A stretch of DNA of 64,000 nucleotides from Planctomycetota bacterium (GCA_039190745.1 JBCCXZ010000012.1:8978-72977); one strand, 5' to 3'. Shown: positions 28,999-39,352, counted from the stretch's first letter. Notes: generated from the letters alone by a model not told the origin. Translations and numbers: made by a program.

Positions 28999-30259
28999 GG
29001 TTCTCCGCTCCCCGGTAAACCAACTCGTTGAAATCGGTCTCCGACCGCCGCTTCGGTATCGCCTTCAAGAGTTCGAGCAGTTCCGGGGCCTGGTACTTCA
29101 TAGCGCCCAAGTAGAGAATCTGGGCTTGCCGCGGCGAAATCTTGTAGGGCTTCAGCATCGGGTGCGGCCACTCTTGTTCCCCAGCCAGGTATGGTTCGAG
29201 GTACCGCAAGGCTCGGAGGAGCGCCGGGTCGTCCTCGGGGCAACGCCAGGCGTCCAGTCCCACGGCTTCCCCGACCCGGGCGGCGGTGCTGAGGGCGAGC
29301 AGATTGAATACGCTGTAGTGCAACGAGATCGACCGCTTCAGCTCGTGCGGCTGGCGCCCTTGGTCGTCGATCTGCCGCTGAAGCCTTTGATCGATGACCT
29401 TCGTGACGATCTGCCTTGCTAGATCGTCCCTGCCTACGAATACCGCGATCCGCCCGGCCTGGGCGGCGTGCCACGAGCCGTGGTTGTTCTCGGCTTGCTC
29501 TTCTTCTTGCCCGAGGTCGCTCTCGAGGAGCCAATCGAGGTAGCTCCGAAACCACTCCGCCAACGCGGCGCGGTCTTCCGAAGCGAGAAGCCCCGCCGAG
29601 TGCAGCAGCTCGACGCTGTCGAGCACCCTGATGAAGCTGCGCGTGTCGATCACCCCGACGCCCCGACCGACGGCTCTTCCCGGGACGGCTTGGCCGAAAC
29701 GCAGGTGGGGGTTCATCCGGGTCTTCGCTTCCAGGAACCAGACGCGGACCAACTCGGCGGCGTGGCGAGAGTACCGGTCGTCGTCAAAGAAGTAACCTGC
29801 GAGCGTCAGGGCCTCGACGTCGTCCATCATCATCCCGATCGGCGTGCGGTCGCCGCGTTCAACCAGCGATCGGTTGACCACCCCGTCTCGCCGGACGTAC
29901 GGCAGGCCGTCGTCGGTATCAGGGTTCGGCCACCAGTAACGGCTGAAGCTGATGTAGTCGTGCCGATCGCCGCTCGGAGCGAGCTCGTCTTTGAAAACAA
30001 CCGAGTACGGACCGCGGTCCAAAGCAGTGTCAGCGTAAGACTTCAGACGCCGCAGCGCGTGGCGGATGCCGTCTGAATCCGCCGCCCCGGCTCGAACCTT
30101 TTCGATGTGCCGGAGGTCCCACAGGACAACGGTCGGCTCTGCGGCGTGCGACGCGGACGCCGCGACGACCAGTGCGATCCAGAGAAGGCTGCCAACGACC
30201 CGGGAGCGACGGGGCAGTCGAGGCCTGGGGTGGGTGGTAAGGCGACGGGAGCCGGGCAC
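28991..30259 (-). CDS. Alginate-lyase-family polysaccharide lyase (PF05426 fold, PL38/PL5-like)
   Basis: PSGDRHDYISFSRYWWP, PYVRRDG, MNPHL, NNHGSW, LHYSVFNL. Confidence 0.88.
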   Translation of the reverse strand: MPGSRRLTTHPRPRLPRRSRVVGSLLWIALVVAASASHAAEPTVVLWDLRHIEKVRAGAADSDGIRHALRRLKSYADTALDRGPYSVVFKDELAPSGDRHDYISFSRYWWPNPDTDDGLPYVRRDGVVNRSLVERGDRTPIGMMMDDVEALTLAGYFFDDDRYSRHAAELVRVWFLEAKTRMNPHLRFGQAVPGRAVGRGVGVIDTRSFIRVLDSVELLHSAGLLASEDRAALAEWFRSYLDWLLESDLGQEEEQAENNHGSWHAAQAGRIAVFVGRDDLARQIVTKVIDQRLQRQIDDQGRQPHELKRSISLHYSVFNLLALSTAARVGEAVGLDAWRCPEDDPALLRALRYLEPYLAGEQEWPHPMLKPYKISPRQAQILYLGAMKYQAPELLELLKAIPKRRSETDFNELVYRGAENHE

Positions 30260-30265
30260 GGCCTG

Positions 30266-31717
30266 TTACTCCGCTTCGCTGCGGAAGGACGACGCGGGCA
30301 GTTCGCGCTGGATCTCGTCGACGCGGTAACCGAACCCCGTCCCGCGGATAGTGCTGAGGTCGATCTGGCCGTTGCGACGGGCGTAGATGCCCGGGTGCAC
30401 CTCGGCCTCGGGCGACGACGCTTCGGGGTAGAACTGCATGGCGTTGGTCTCCACGCCCATCATCGTGCCAGCGTGTGCCGCGAGCAGGACGTGCGGGATC
30501 TGCGCGAGCATCGGGTTTGTCAGGTCGTGCACCATCAGGTGCATGCCGTGGGCCTTCGCCCAGCAGAGCGAAAGGAGCGTCCCCGTCTGCGTCTTGCACG
30601 TCTTGAACGCGACGCCCGTCCAGCCGAGTGAGTGGCCCAGCTTGACGTGCTGCCAGTCGTCTGCGCTCTCGTCCATGAGCAGCGGCTTGCGCTGCGACAC
30701 GCTGTTCACCACGATCCGGTTCGCCTTCATGTCGTACGGGAACGGTTGCTCCAGGAACAGGAGCATGCCGAATACCTCCGGGTTCTCCGCGGCGAGGCGG
30801 TCGAGGATATCGTTCACGTAGAGCGGGTCGGTCACCGTGCAGTTGAAATCGGCGCACAACCACTCCACGCCGGCACGCTGCCCGATGGTTGCGACACGCA
30901 CCAGTCGTTCGAAATCCCAATGCGAGTCGTTGCCGCGCAGCTTCACCTTCAGGCAGCCAAGGCCGTCGCGCTCGATCCAGTCCGCAAGCAGCACCGGGTA
31001 GCCGTCCGATGGCTCCGAGCCGTCGAGGTCGGCCTTTTCGAGCGGGTCGAGCCCGCCGACCAGGTGCCACGCCGGCATGCGGTCGGCCCGCTGCGGCACG
31101 AAGTAGTCCTGCGGGTACATGCCCGCGAAATCGACCGACACCCCGTCCGCGGGCTCGAGATAGGAGAACAGATCGTGGCTGAGGAAGTCTGCGTTATACG
31201 TCTCGTAGACGGGCCTGCCCTGCGCATTGCCGTAAGCGTCGTGCAGTGCCAGGTCGAACGCCGAGCAGCAGACCAACGCCGCCAAGTGCGGGAGCTCGCC
31301 GCCCGCGGGCCGGTCCGCGTTGAACTGAGCCCGAACGCTCTCAAGCGACAAGTGCTGGAAGGCGTGGCCGACCTCAAGGGCGTGCCCCCACGCCTCGAAG
31401 CGGGACCAGGCCGTGTTCAGCTCGTCGACGAACGAAACCGCGGCGTCGAAGCGTTCTTGGTAAGGCAGCGGGCTCGGCCAGATCCACTGGATGCTCAGCG
31501 GGGTCTCGCCCCAGCCCTCGAACAGCCGCCCCTCCCGGTCGCGGACCGTCAGCCGCACCCGGACGCAGGTCACCGAGGTGAGTGTTTCGCTGCCGAACTT
31601 GAGCGGCACGCGTGTCACCACGGGCAGCAAGTAGACTTCCGACGCCACGACCCGGACATCGGTGGGACGATCGCCCAGCGGCAGCTCTCGCTTTGGTGTG
31701 GTTTCGACGGTGCTCAT
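30266..31717 (-). CDS. Enolase-superfamily (mandelate racemase/MLE-like) enzyme
   Basis: LKVKLRG, ADFN, EQPF, DES metal-ligand motifs. Confidence 0.8.
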   Translation of the reverse strand: MSTVETTPKRELPLGDRPTDVRVVASEVYLLPVVTRVPLKFGSETLTSVTCVRVRLTVRDREGRLFEGWGETPLSIQWIWPSPLPYQERFDAAVSFVDELNTAWSRFEAWGHALEVGHAFQHLSLESVRAQFNADRPAGGELPHLAALVCCSAFDLALHDAYGNAQGRPVYETYNADFLSHDLFSYLEPADGVSVDFAGMYPQDYFVPQRADRMPAWHLVGGLDPLEKADLDGSEPSDGYPVLLADWIERDGLGCLKVKLRGNDSHWDFERLVRVATIGQRAGVEWLCADFNCTVTDPLYVNDILDRLAAENPEVFGMLLFLEQPFPYDMKANRIVVNSVSQRKPLLMDESADDWQHVKLGHSLGWTGVAFKTCKTQTGTLLSLCWAKAHGMHLMVHDLTNPMLAQIPHVLLAAHAGTMMGVETNAMQFYPEASSPEAEVHPGIYARRNGQIDLSTIRGTGFGYRVDEIQRELPASSFRSEAE

Positions 31718-31732
31718 TACGCCCTTAAAGAC

Positions 31733-33109
31733 TTAGACTTGCCACGGCTTGCGAGACTCGACGCCGAGCATCGCGTTGGCTTGCTCGCTGCCGCTGCCCT
31801 CGAAGGTCTCGCTCTCCGGGTCCCACTTCAGCTTTTTCGCCCCGAGCCGGACGGCGATATTGCCGAGATGGCAGATCGTCGCGCTCCTGTGGCCGACCTC
31901 GACCGGAGCGTTCGGCTCGCTCCGCGACTTGACGCAATCGATGAAGTTGCGCTGGTGGTCGTCGTTGCTGGCGTACACACGCAGGTCTTTCACTTTGCCG
32001 AGCGGCGCCTTCAGCTTGCGAGGAACCGTGACGAAGTTCTGGCCCTTGTTGTCCACGCGGACCATGCCCTCCTCGCCCTCGAAGACGGTTCGCACCGCAG
32101 GGTGCCCCGTGAAGCACTCCAGCACCACGCCGTTGTCGTAGGTGCAGCGGAAGTTGGTGTGCGTTGCGGCGTTGAAGAGGCTGCCCTCCGGCAGGAATTC
32201 GGCGTAGACGCACTCGATCTTGGTCGGACCGGTGTTGTCCGTCCCCAATCCCCACTGGGCGATGTCGAGCGAGTGGGCCCCGAAGTTGGCCACCTGCCCG
32301 CCGGCGTAGTCGTAGTTAAACCGGAACCGGTACAGGCAACGGTCTTTGTGGTACGGAGCCTTCGGAGCAGGGCCGAGCCACATGTCGTAGTCGAAACCTT
32401 CCGGCACCGGCGTCGGCTCCCACCCCGGTCCGGGGCCGACCTTGTTGTGCGTCCCGACGTGCGCGAGCACCCGCCGCACCTTGCCGATCGCGCCGCCGCG
32501 GACCAGGTCGACCGCCGCCCTAATGACGGGGTTCGACCGCTCGTGGCTGCCCGTCTGCAAGACAACGTTGTTCTCCCGAACCGCCTTCACCATCGCCTGC
32601 TGCTCTTGAATGGTGAGCCCCAGCGGCTTCTCGCAGTAAACGTCCTTGCCCGCCTTGCAGGCCATCACCGTCATGCTGGCGTGCCAGTGGTCCGGCGTAG
32701 CGATCACCACCGCATCGATGTCGTCGCGTGTGAGGATCTCGCGGAAGTCGTTGTAGCCGTCGCAGCCCTTGTAAGAACCTGAAGCCGACTGCTTGCCGTA
32801 GTAAGACTCCACTTCCTTAACGGCGGGTTCGCGGCCGTAGATGTCTCTATCTTCTTTGTACCCGTTGCTGCCGCGGTTGACGTCGCACACCGCCAACACA
32901 TGGCACTCGGCGTTGGTCAGGAACCGCTTCATCACCGGGAAGCCTTGGTTCCCGACCCCGATGCAGGCGAGCGTCACACGGTTGCTCGGGGCCTCGGCGC
33001 CGAACACCCGCGCCGGGGCGAAGTAGGGGGCCGCGACCGCCGCAGCGGCCGCTGTCTTCACAAAGCCGCGGCGCGTCGTCGCGTCAGTTTTCTTGGGTGC
33101 GTCGGACAT
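31733..33109 (-). CDS. Tat-exported Gfo/Idh/MocA oxidoreductase
   Basis: TRRGFVK; IGVGNQG; ATPDHWH; YCEKP; WLGPAP. Confidence 0.92.
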   Translation of the reverse strand: MSDAPKKTDATTRRGFVKTAAAAAVAAPYFAPARVFGAEAPSNRVTLACIGVGNQGFPVMKRFLTNAECHVLAVCDVNRGSNGYKEDRDIYGREPAVKEVESYYGKQSASGSYKGCDGYNDFREILTRDDIDAVVIATPDHWHASMTVMACKAGKDVYCEKPLGLTIQEQQAMVKAVRENNVVLQTGSHERSNPVIRAAVDLVRGGAIGKVRRVLAHVGTHNKVGPGPGWEPTPVPEGFDYDMWLGPAPKAPYHKDRCLYRFRFNYDYAGGQVANFGAHSLDIAQWGLGTDNTGPTKIECVYAEFLPEGSLFNAATHTNFRCTYDNGVVLECFTGHPAVRTVFEGEEGMVRVDNKGQNFVTVPRKLKAPLGKVKDLRVYASNDDHQRNFIDCVKSRSEPNAPVEVGHRSATICHLGNIAVRLGAKKLKWDPESETFEGSGSEQANAMLGVESRKPWQV

Positions 33110-33115
33110 ACTAGA

Positions 33116-35422
33116 TCATCCTTTCCGTTCGGCGTCCGCCTGGCGGCGACGCCCGAAGAATACAAATACCGCGGCCCCGGCCGATGCCAGCAAAGCCGTT
33201 CCGGGCTCGGGGGTTTGGGTGATTGCCGAGACAACAGCGACGCCGTTGCCGTAGTCGCGTTGCCACACGACGAGGTCGTTGAGGTCGACGTCGCCGTCTT
33301 CGTCGGCGTCCCCGTCCATGTGCGTGGCGCCCGAAGCCAAGCCGAAGCCGGCTTCCCACGCGGTCAGGTCGTCCGCGTCCACGTCGCCGTCTTCGTCGAA
33401 GTCGCCCGCGTCGAAGGTGATGTCGAACAAGGCGTCCAGCTCCGACTCGGACAGCGCCCCGTCGAGGTTCAGCACGAACGCGTCAAACTCGGCGAACCGC
33501 TCGCGTTTGCCGATCCGGAACTCCAGAGGCACGCCGACGTGCGACGCCGAAATCGTGAACTCCTCGCCCGTCTCCCAACGGTAAGTAGAGTCCGAGGAGA
33601 GGGTCTCGATGTCGTCGGGGTCCACGCCGAAGTCGGTGGGCACGTAGATGCTGTCGGAACTGCCGTCGAATCCGCGTGCCCGGTAGTAAGCTGTGTAGGT
33701 GCCCGGTTGGTCAAACTCAAGGTCGTACACCGCGATCGTGTCGTGCGTGTCGCCGGGCAGGTCGACCCGGTCGGTGAACGGCGCACGCAGCGTCTCGCCG
33801 CCCAGAGCCAGCGGGTCAGTAAGTGTTGTCCACACATTGCTATCGCCGTCGGGATCGAGGATCACCGTATAGTCCTCGGCCTGAATCGCACAGCCAGCTG
33901 TGTTGCAGCCGCCCCCGCTCGGCGGCGGCGGCGAGAAGAGCCAATCGGGGCCGATGTCGCCCGCTTCGAGCGGCTTCCGGACAATCGCCGCGGCAGAGAC
34001 CTCGTCGGCCCCCACGTCGAACAGCCCGATCCGCGGCTGGCCGTCCATGTCGTCCGAAAACACTCCGCTGTAGTCGCCCACGCCCGCGTTGATCACCGGG
34101 CTGGTCGCGGAAGGCCGCCAGAGGCCGTCGCTGCCTTGGGTCAACTCGGGGTCGACCACCGTAATACCCGGGTCGCCCGATTTGGGGCCGAGGCTCCCTC
34201 CGAAGGCGATGTTCCCCTCCCAGGTCCACCCACTGCCCCCGGTGCCCTCGGTACCCTCGAAGATGGTCGCGCCAGAGCTGCGGAAGACGTTGTTCGCCAC
34301 GGTCACGTCCTCCGCAAGCAGCGTGCGGCCGCTGCTGCCGAAGCCGTCGTCGAAGGTGATCATCTCTTCGAGCGTGTTCACGATCGTGTTGTGGGCGATC
34401 ACGGCGTCCTTCACCTGCACGTAACCGTTCAGCGGCGTATTGGGGACGCCCGCCGAGATAGAAATCGCGCCACCGGCGCGGTCGTCAACGTTCGCGATGT
34501 AGTTGTTGACGACCGTCTGCCTCTCGCCGATGACGCGGATGGCGCCGCTGCGGTTCTTGCCCTCGCCGAGAAAAAAGTTCCCCTCCACCAGGCTGTCGTT
34601 GCCGTGCCTCAGGGTCAGCGTCCCGGCCGACTCGCGGAAGGTGTTGTAGCGGAACGTGTTGTTGCCGCTCTTGTTCGAGATGATCTCGATCTCGCCGTCG
34701 GTCCGCTCGAAGAGGTTGTTCTCGACCACCGTGAACGAATCGCTGAGCGACTGCCCGCTGGTGCCGACGCGGATAGTCTCGAACCCGTTCCCGTTGCCCT
34801 CGGGCCGGTCGGCAAAGTGGTTGCTGTCGATCAGGTGGCGATTCTGGGAAGCGTCGTCCCTGCGGACCACCACGGTCACGCCGGAGTGGTTGTGGTCTTC
34901 GAAGTAGTTGTTGTCGACACGGTTGTCCTGCCCGAACAGCTCCACCCAGTGGTACCGGTCGTTGATGCTGCCGGGGTTGTAGCTGATGATTGCCGAGTTG
35001 GTGAGACGGCTGTTGGTGGCGGCGCCGAAGTCGCCGCGGAACTCGACGATGGCCCGCCCGCCGTCCGCCAGGGCCCCGCCCTCGAAGCGCAGGCCGTCCG
35101 CCACAAGCCAGTCGCCCGAGATGTCGAGCGTCGAGTTGCCGTTGAGGATCACCCCGCCGGGCGTCTGCGCTTTGAGTGTGATCGGGTTGGCCGAGGTCCC
35201 GAAGCCGTTCAGCTCGATCTGCTGATTGGTCCAGACGCCGTCGGTCATAATGAGGTTGTCGCCCGGCTGGAGCGAACCGAGCGCGTTCTGGATGTCGTTG
35301 GCCGAAGACACAAGGATGTCCGCCGCCCCCGCCGTCCCGGCGACCGCGAACGCCCAGCACGCCAGTGCAGCGCCCAGCGGTGCGCGTATCGCGAGACGAT
35401 GGAGTGTCGGAAGCCTGTTCAC
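33116..35422 (-). CDS. PL6 (chondroitinase B-fold) polysaccharide lyase with Ca-binding repeats and PEP-CTERM
   Basis: GNGFETIRVG, EIEIISNKS, LTLRHG; GDFDEDGDVD; TPEP+TM+RRR. Start moved to GTG 35422 (signal peptide). Confidence 0.88.
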   Translation of the reverse strand: MNRLPTLHRLAIRAPLGAALACWAFAVAGTAGAADILVSSANDIQNALGSLQPGDNLIMTDGVWTNQQIELNGFGTSANPITLKAQTPGGVILNGNSTLDISGDWLVADGLRFEGGALADGGRAIVEFRGDFGAATNSRLTNSAIISYNPGSINDRYHWVELFGQDNRVDNNYFEDHNHSGVTVVVRRDDASQNRHLIDSNHFADRPEGNGNGFETIRVGTSGQSLSDSFTVVENNLFERTDGEIEIISNKSGNNTFRYNTFRESAGTLTLRHGNDSLVEGNFFLGEGKNRSGAIRVIGERQTVVNNYIANVDDRAGGAISISAGVPNTPLNGYVQVKDAVIAHNTIVNTLEEMITFDDGFGSSGRTLLAEDVTVANNVFRSSGATIFEGTEGTGGSGWTWEGNIAFGGSLGPKSGDPGITVVDPELTQGSDGLWRPSATSPVINAGVGDYSGVFSDDMDGQPRIGLFDVGADEVSAAAIVRKPLEAGDIGPDWLFSPPPPSGGGCNTAGCAIQAEDYTVILDPDGDSNVWTTLTDPLALGGETLRAPFTDRVDLPGDTHDTIAVYDLEFDQPGTYTAYYRARGFDGSSDSIYVPTDFGVDPDDIETLSSDSTYRWETGEEFTISASHVGVPLEFRIGKRERFAEFDAFVLNLDGALSESELDALFDITFDAGDFDEDGDVDADDLTAWEAGFGLASGATHMDGDADEDGDVDLNDLVVWQRDYGNGVAVVSAITQTPEPGTALLASAGAAVFVFFGRRRQADAERKG

Positions 35423-35442
35423 TCGGCGGGTCCTTGGCTGGC

Positions 35443-35892
35443 TCACTCGGTGAACGGCTTGCCGCCGTCCCAGGTGAGTTCGATGGTCAGGTCTTCGTTG
35501 GGTTCGTTGATCTCGAACGTCAGGTCCGAAGTCCGGAAGTCGGCGTACTTCTTCGGGGCGTGCCAGCGGACCTTGCTCTCGCCGAGGATCTCGCTGGCAG
35601 AAATCTGCACCCGGTGGCGCCCGGGGATCACGCCGTCGTTGCCGTCGTAGCAGGTCAATACAAACGAGCCGTCCGGCTGGACCTTGCCGGCTGAGGGACG
35701 GCCTCCGGAGGGAACAAACTTGATGTTCCCCTGCGGCAGGGGCTGCCCGTCGATCAGCACCTTGCCGGCTACCTTGACGCGTGTCGGCAGGCCGTCGCCG
35801 CAACCGCTCGCCGCAAGAATGGTTCCTAAGATCGCAAAGAACAATCCACTCAGCGGGCGCCCCAGGGCGTTCTGTTTGGCTCGCGTGTTCAC
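35443..35892 (-). CDS. DUF1559-associated lipoprotein (carboxypeptidase regulatory-like fold)
   Basis: ASGC lipobox; VAGKVLIDGQPL, PGRHRVQI, PKKYADFRTSDL. Confidence 0.8.
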   Translation of the reverse strand: MNTRAKQNALGRPLSGLFFAILGTILAASGCGDGLPTRVKVAGKVLIDGQPLPQGNIKFVPSGGRPSAGKVQPDGSFVLTCYDGNDGVIPGRHRVQISASEILGESKVRWHAPKKYADFRTSDLTFEINEPNEDLTIELTWDGGKPFTE

Positions 35893-36488
35893 TCGGGCAG
35901 TCCCTCCACGTCTTCTTCAGCAGCCGGGTCGACCGGGGCGTTCTCGCCAATCTCTTCGGCAGCAGACCCATCCGAATCCGTCTGTGTTGGAATGTTCTCT
36001 TCAGACTCGACCAGCGGCTCCTCTTGAGACTCGACGTCGTCTCCTTCGGGCTTGTCAGGCTCGCTGCCTTCCCAAGTTAAGTCGATCTTTAGATCTTCCA
36101 CCGGCCCCGTAATCTCGGTCTCAAGGCCCGAGGTACGGAAGTCCGCGTACTTAGCCGGCGCCCGCCAGATGACGTCTTCCGCGTCTTCACCGGTGATCTC
36201 CGATGCCGAAACGGCGATGCGGTAGTCACCGGGCGTAATCCCGTCTTGCATCGTCTGCCCAACGGTCACTTCAGCGAGCTGGAATGAGCCGTCTTCAAGG
36301 ATCGCGCTGCTGACCGGCCGCCCCGAGGAAGGAAAGAACCGGATCGTGCCGCCTGCAAGTGGCTCACCGTCGACCGACACCCGACCCGCAACCGGCACAA
36401 GCCCCGACGGCTTCTCGCAGCCGTATAGCCCAGCCAACAGGCTCAATACCGGAAGAGACAGCAGCGTCTGTGCTCGCAATGGGTTCAT
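35889..36488 (-). CDS. DUF1559-associated lipoprotein paralogue with acidic tail
   Basis: LYGC; VAGRVSVDGEPL, PGDYRIAV, PAKYADFRTSGL. Confidence 0.8.
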   Translation of the reverse strand: MNPLRAQTLLSLPVLSLLAGLYGCEKPSGLVPVAGRVSVDGEPLAGGTIRFFPSSGRPVSSAILEDGSFQLAEVTVGQTMQDGITPGDYRIAVSASEITGEDAEDVIWRAPAKYADFRTSGLETEITGPVEDLKIDLTWEGSEPDKPEGDDVESQEEPLVESEENIPTQTDSDGSAAEEIGENAPVDPAAEEDVEGLPE

Positions 36489-36533
36489 GTTGGGCCTCCA
36501 GCCGACAAGCGGCTTACGTTCAAAAAAACTTGC

Positions 36534-37658
36534 TTAACGCCGGCCGCGTGTTCGGGTCTTCAAGGCGGTGCACTCCGGATCGTCGATCTCGTCCATCGCC
36601 AGCGGCGGCCCCTTGATCGTGGAGAGCTCCTGGTAGAGTTCAAAATCAATGTCTTCGGTCAGGAACTCTATGTGTGCGTCACCGTAAGCAAAGTTTGCGC
36701 CACCAGGATGTCGGCTCGCGAAAGCCCCATTGACCTCCGCAGGCCAGCTGCCAACTTGTTTAGCGTCCACGCCAGGCGGAGTATTCAGAGCCACATCCGT
36801 TACGCGGTAAGTATCCAAGTACCGGTGCCCGTAGCTCCAAATGTTGGAGCCCTCAAACGTGTGATTCTCAATAGTCTCGCCCATCGAGATCGTGTTGCTT
36901 GTGCCATCCTCGACGTTCCTGATCGCAATCGTGCTCGCGCCTAGCGGGCTGTTGTACAGGTGCAGCCCTGTGTTCTTGTGCTTGACCATGCAGGCGTCCA
37001 CGACGAACCCGCCGTTGACGCCTCGGTGACCGGCAACAAACGCGTAGGACCCGGTTGCGGGCGGCGGATCGTACCTGTCCAAGTACTGCTCGACCTCGGT
37101 GAAAGGCTCAGAGTCATCCGACGGACAAACAAAGATCTGTGGGCGCGTGTTCATCGCCTGGAGTCGCTCTGGGGTGGCCCACACGCCGGACGAAAACTCC
37201 CCTGCCGGCCAGATACTTTCATTGTCGTAGATATCGAGCTGATTGAACAACGCATCTTGTTCTAGGAAAGGCAGCAAGAGTACAAACCCGCTCGCGCCCG
37301 ATCGGAGTTCGGGCGTGTTCCACGGCAGCAAGTAAAAGTCACCGGACGAGTCGGGCCCCAGACGGGCGTGCACGTAATGACCCTTCACGCCCTCATGGTT
37401 CATGTCCGCCAGGGCGAGGTTCTTGAGGTTGTTCACACAGCTCATCCGCCGCGCAGCCTCGCGGGCAGACTGTACCGCCGGCAGCAGTAGCGCCACCAAC
37501 ACGCCGATGATGGCGATCACCACAAGCAGTTCGACGAGCGTAAATGCCCGCAAACGGGCGGGGAGACATTGACAGCGATTGCCGTGGTGGTGGCGGAACA
37601 TCGATTGGGTCCTAGAAGAGTGTTGCGGGAGCACGTTGGGTCCCTCCGTTAGTTCCAT
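36534..37658 (-). CDS. DUF1559 prepilin-type protein with H-X9-DG-like motif
   Basis: [57 protein letters not shown]; start possibly near 37601. Confidence 0.93.
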   Translation of the reverse strand: MELTEGPNVLPQHSSRTQSMFRHHHGNRCQCLPARLRAFTLVELLVVIAIIGVLVALLLPAVQSAREAARRMSCVNNLKNLALADMNHEGVKGHYVHARLGPDSSGDFYLLPWNTPELRSGASGFVLLLPFLEQDALFNQLDIYDNESIWPAGEFSSGVWATPERLQAMNTRPQIFVCPSDDSEPFTEVEQYLDRYDPPPATGSYAFVAGHRGVNGGFVVDACMVKHKNTGLHLYNSPLGASTIAIRNVEDGTSNTISMGETIENHTFEGSNIWSYGHRYLDTYRVTDVALNTPPGVDAKQVGSWPAEVNGAFASRHPGGANFAYGDAHIEFLTEDIDFELYQELSTIKGPPLAMDEIDDPECTALKTRTRGRR

Positions 37659-37810
37659 CGGGCAGATGGTTCACGCTGCCGCCAGCGTGCCGCTAGTGGA
37701 TTGGGTTTCAGGGCTTAATTGAAGCCGGCGAGGCCGCTTCCGCGGCCGCCGCCGGCTGTCTCTTGCGTGCAGGCCCTCTAGCTCGCACGAATCAAATCAC
37801 AGAGCAGCGG

Positions 37811-39352
37811 TTAGCGCTTCCGGCGCCGCGAAGCCAAAGCGACCAACCCGCCCGCCAGCATGGCCAGCGAGGCCGGCTCGGGCACGGCGCCAACGGCACT
37901 GACCGGCGACGAGCCGGTGCCGAACCCGCCGTCCCAGTCGCCGCCAGCGGCAAGGTTCTCGCCGTTCCGCTGGCCCAGCAAAGCGTCGGCCACGTCTACG
38001 TCGCCGTCGCCGTCGAAGTCGCCCGGCACGCCGCCCGCGGCAATCACCTCAACCATGAAGTTGTCGATAATCCAGTCGAACTCATCGAGGTTGCCGATGG
38101 TTGCCATCGCAAAGTAGTCCCAGGAGTCGCTCTCGATGCCGCCGTCCGGATCGTTCGTACCGGCCACGCCAACCGGCTCATAGTCCGAGAGGCTAAACGT
38201 CTGAGCGGCAGCGATGTCGGTCACCTCGAGCGTCGACAGGATCGTGTCGGCCGTGCCGCCCGAATCCGGGTCGGTAAAACGCTCCAGCGTCAGCGAAAGC
38301 GTGTAGGCCTTCTGGTAATCGAGGTTCACAAAGTTCGGAGTCACCTGGTTGGGCACCGCGACGCTGTCTTGCGGGCCGGTCAGGTACGCGAGGTCCGTCC
38401 CCGAACCGACCGAGTTGTCTTCCTCGACGATGCGGGCATCGGCGCCCCCGGCGAGCGGGCGGAAGAGCGGGTCGGGCTCATCGGGGTCTTCAATGGGCAC
38501 CCGTGCGTACCAGCCCTTGTCGCCGTTGCCGCCGGCGCCGGGCAGGTCGCCGCGGAAGTTGCCGCCCTCCGAACCCCAGACGGCCGAAGTAAACGCATCG
38601 CCGGCAAAGGGGTTCGCTTGACCAAGCTGGCCGTCGGAGTCTTCGAACAAACCAAACCGGAGTTCCGAAACTGTCGGGATGTGCTGCAGCGTGTTGCCGT
38701 TGAAGTTCGGCGCGCTCATCCAGACGCGGTAATCGAAGCTCACGCGGACCTTGTCACCCTCGTTGGGCCCCAGGGAAATCGTCCCCTGGTTGCCGTCGCT
38801 GTAGTCGTCGTCAAAGAACGCGGCGACCGAACTGCCCCGCCCCTTCGACTCATTCGCGAGCGCCAAGCCTGAACCCAGAGCAGCGACCGTGTTCTGCCCC
38901 GGGGTGTTCGGGCTGGTAAACCCGATCGCGGGGTTCGTGTCCGGCAGGGCGTTCACCGAGTCGTCGATGATCCGCGAGTTGGTCTTTGGGTCGTTCGGCG
39001 GGGTGGGGCCCGAAGTAAATCCACGCGTGAAGTACCAGGGGACGCCCACGTCCGACGCGTCTTCGACCGCCGTGACCTCGTTCACCATCACCCCGTCGGC
39101 GAAAATCGTGTCCATCATCGAGCTCTGCACCGGCTCGTAAGAATCGCCCGGCGTGCCCAGGCCCGCGCTGCTGACATCGACGTCGTACGCCTCGAGCGGA
39201 ACGCCGTTGTTGTCGAGGTCCGCGTCGCCGAAGCCGTCGGAAATCACGACCACGGCCGAAGCCTGGCCGCAAGCCATGAAGCCGATCGCCAAAGCAACCG
39301 CGGCCAGCGCCAGGTTGCGAGTGCTCCCCACGGAGCGTTGAACTCTGAACAT
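37811..39352 (-). CDS. Acidic secreted PEP-CTERM protein
   Basis: Signal peptide; GDFDGDGDVD; VPEP+TM+RRRKR; start moved to MFRVQ (AAAGGA upstream). Confidence 0.85.
   Translation of the reverse strand: MFRVQRSVGSTRNLALAAVALAIGFMACGQASAVVVISDGFGDADLDNNGVPLEAYDVDVSSAGLGTPGDSYEPVQSSMMDTIFADGVMVNEVTAVEDASDVGVPWYFTRGFTSGPTPPNDPKTNSRIIDDSVNALPDTNPAIGFTSPNTPGQNTVAALGSGLALANESKGRGSSVAAFFDDDYSDGNQGTISLGPNEGDKVRVSFDYRVWMSAPNFNGNTLQHIPTVSELRFGLFEDSDGQLGQANPFAGDAFTSAVWGSEGGNFRGDLPGAGGNGDKGWYARVPIEDPDEPDPLFRPLAGGADARIVEEDNSVGSGTDLAYLTGPQDSVAVPNQVTPNFVNLDYQKAYTLSLTLERFTDPDSGGTADTILSTLEVTDIAAAQTFSLSDYEPVGVAGTNDPDGGIESDSWDYFAMATIGNLDEFDWIIDNFMVEVIAAGGVPGDFDGDGDVDVADALLGQRNGENLAAGGDWDGGFGTGSSPVSAVGAVPEPASLAMLAGGLVALASRRRKR

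Noticed and set aside
30632..35650. 716-aa and 916-aa plus-strand ORFs
   Set aside because: Antisense to clearly recognisable enzymes; no motifs of their own.
35423..35971. N-terminal extension of the PL6 ORF (951 aa in the track)
   Set aside because: Overlaps two real lipoprotein genes; the signal peptide begins at 35422.
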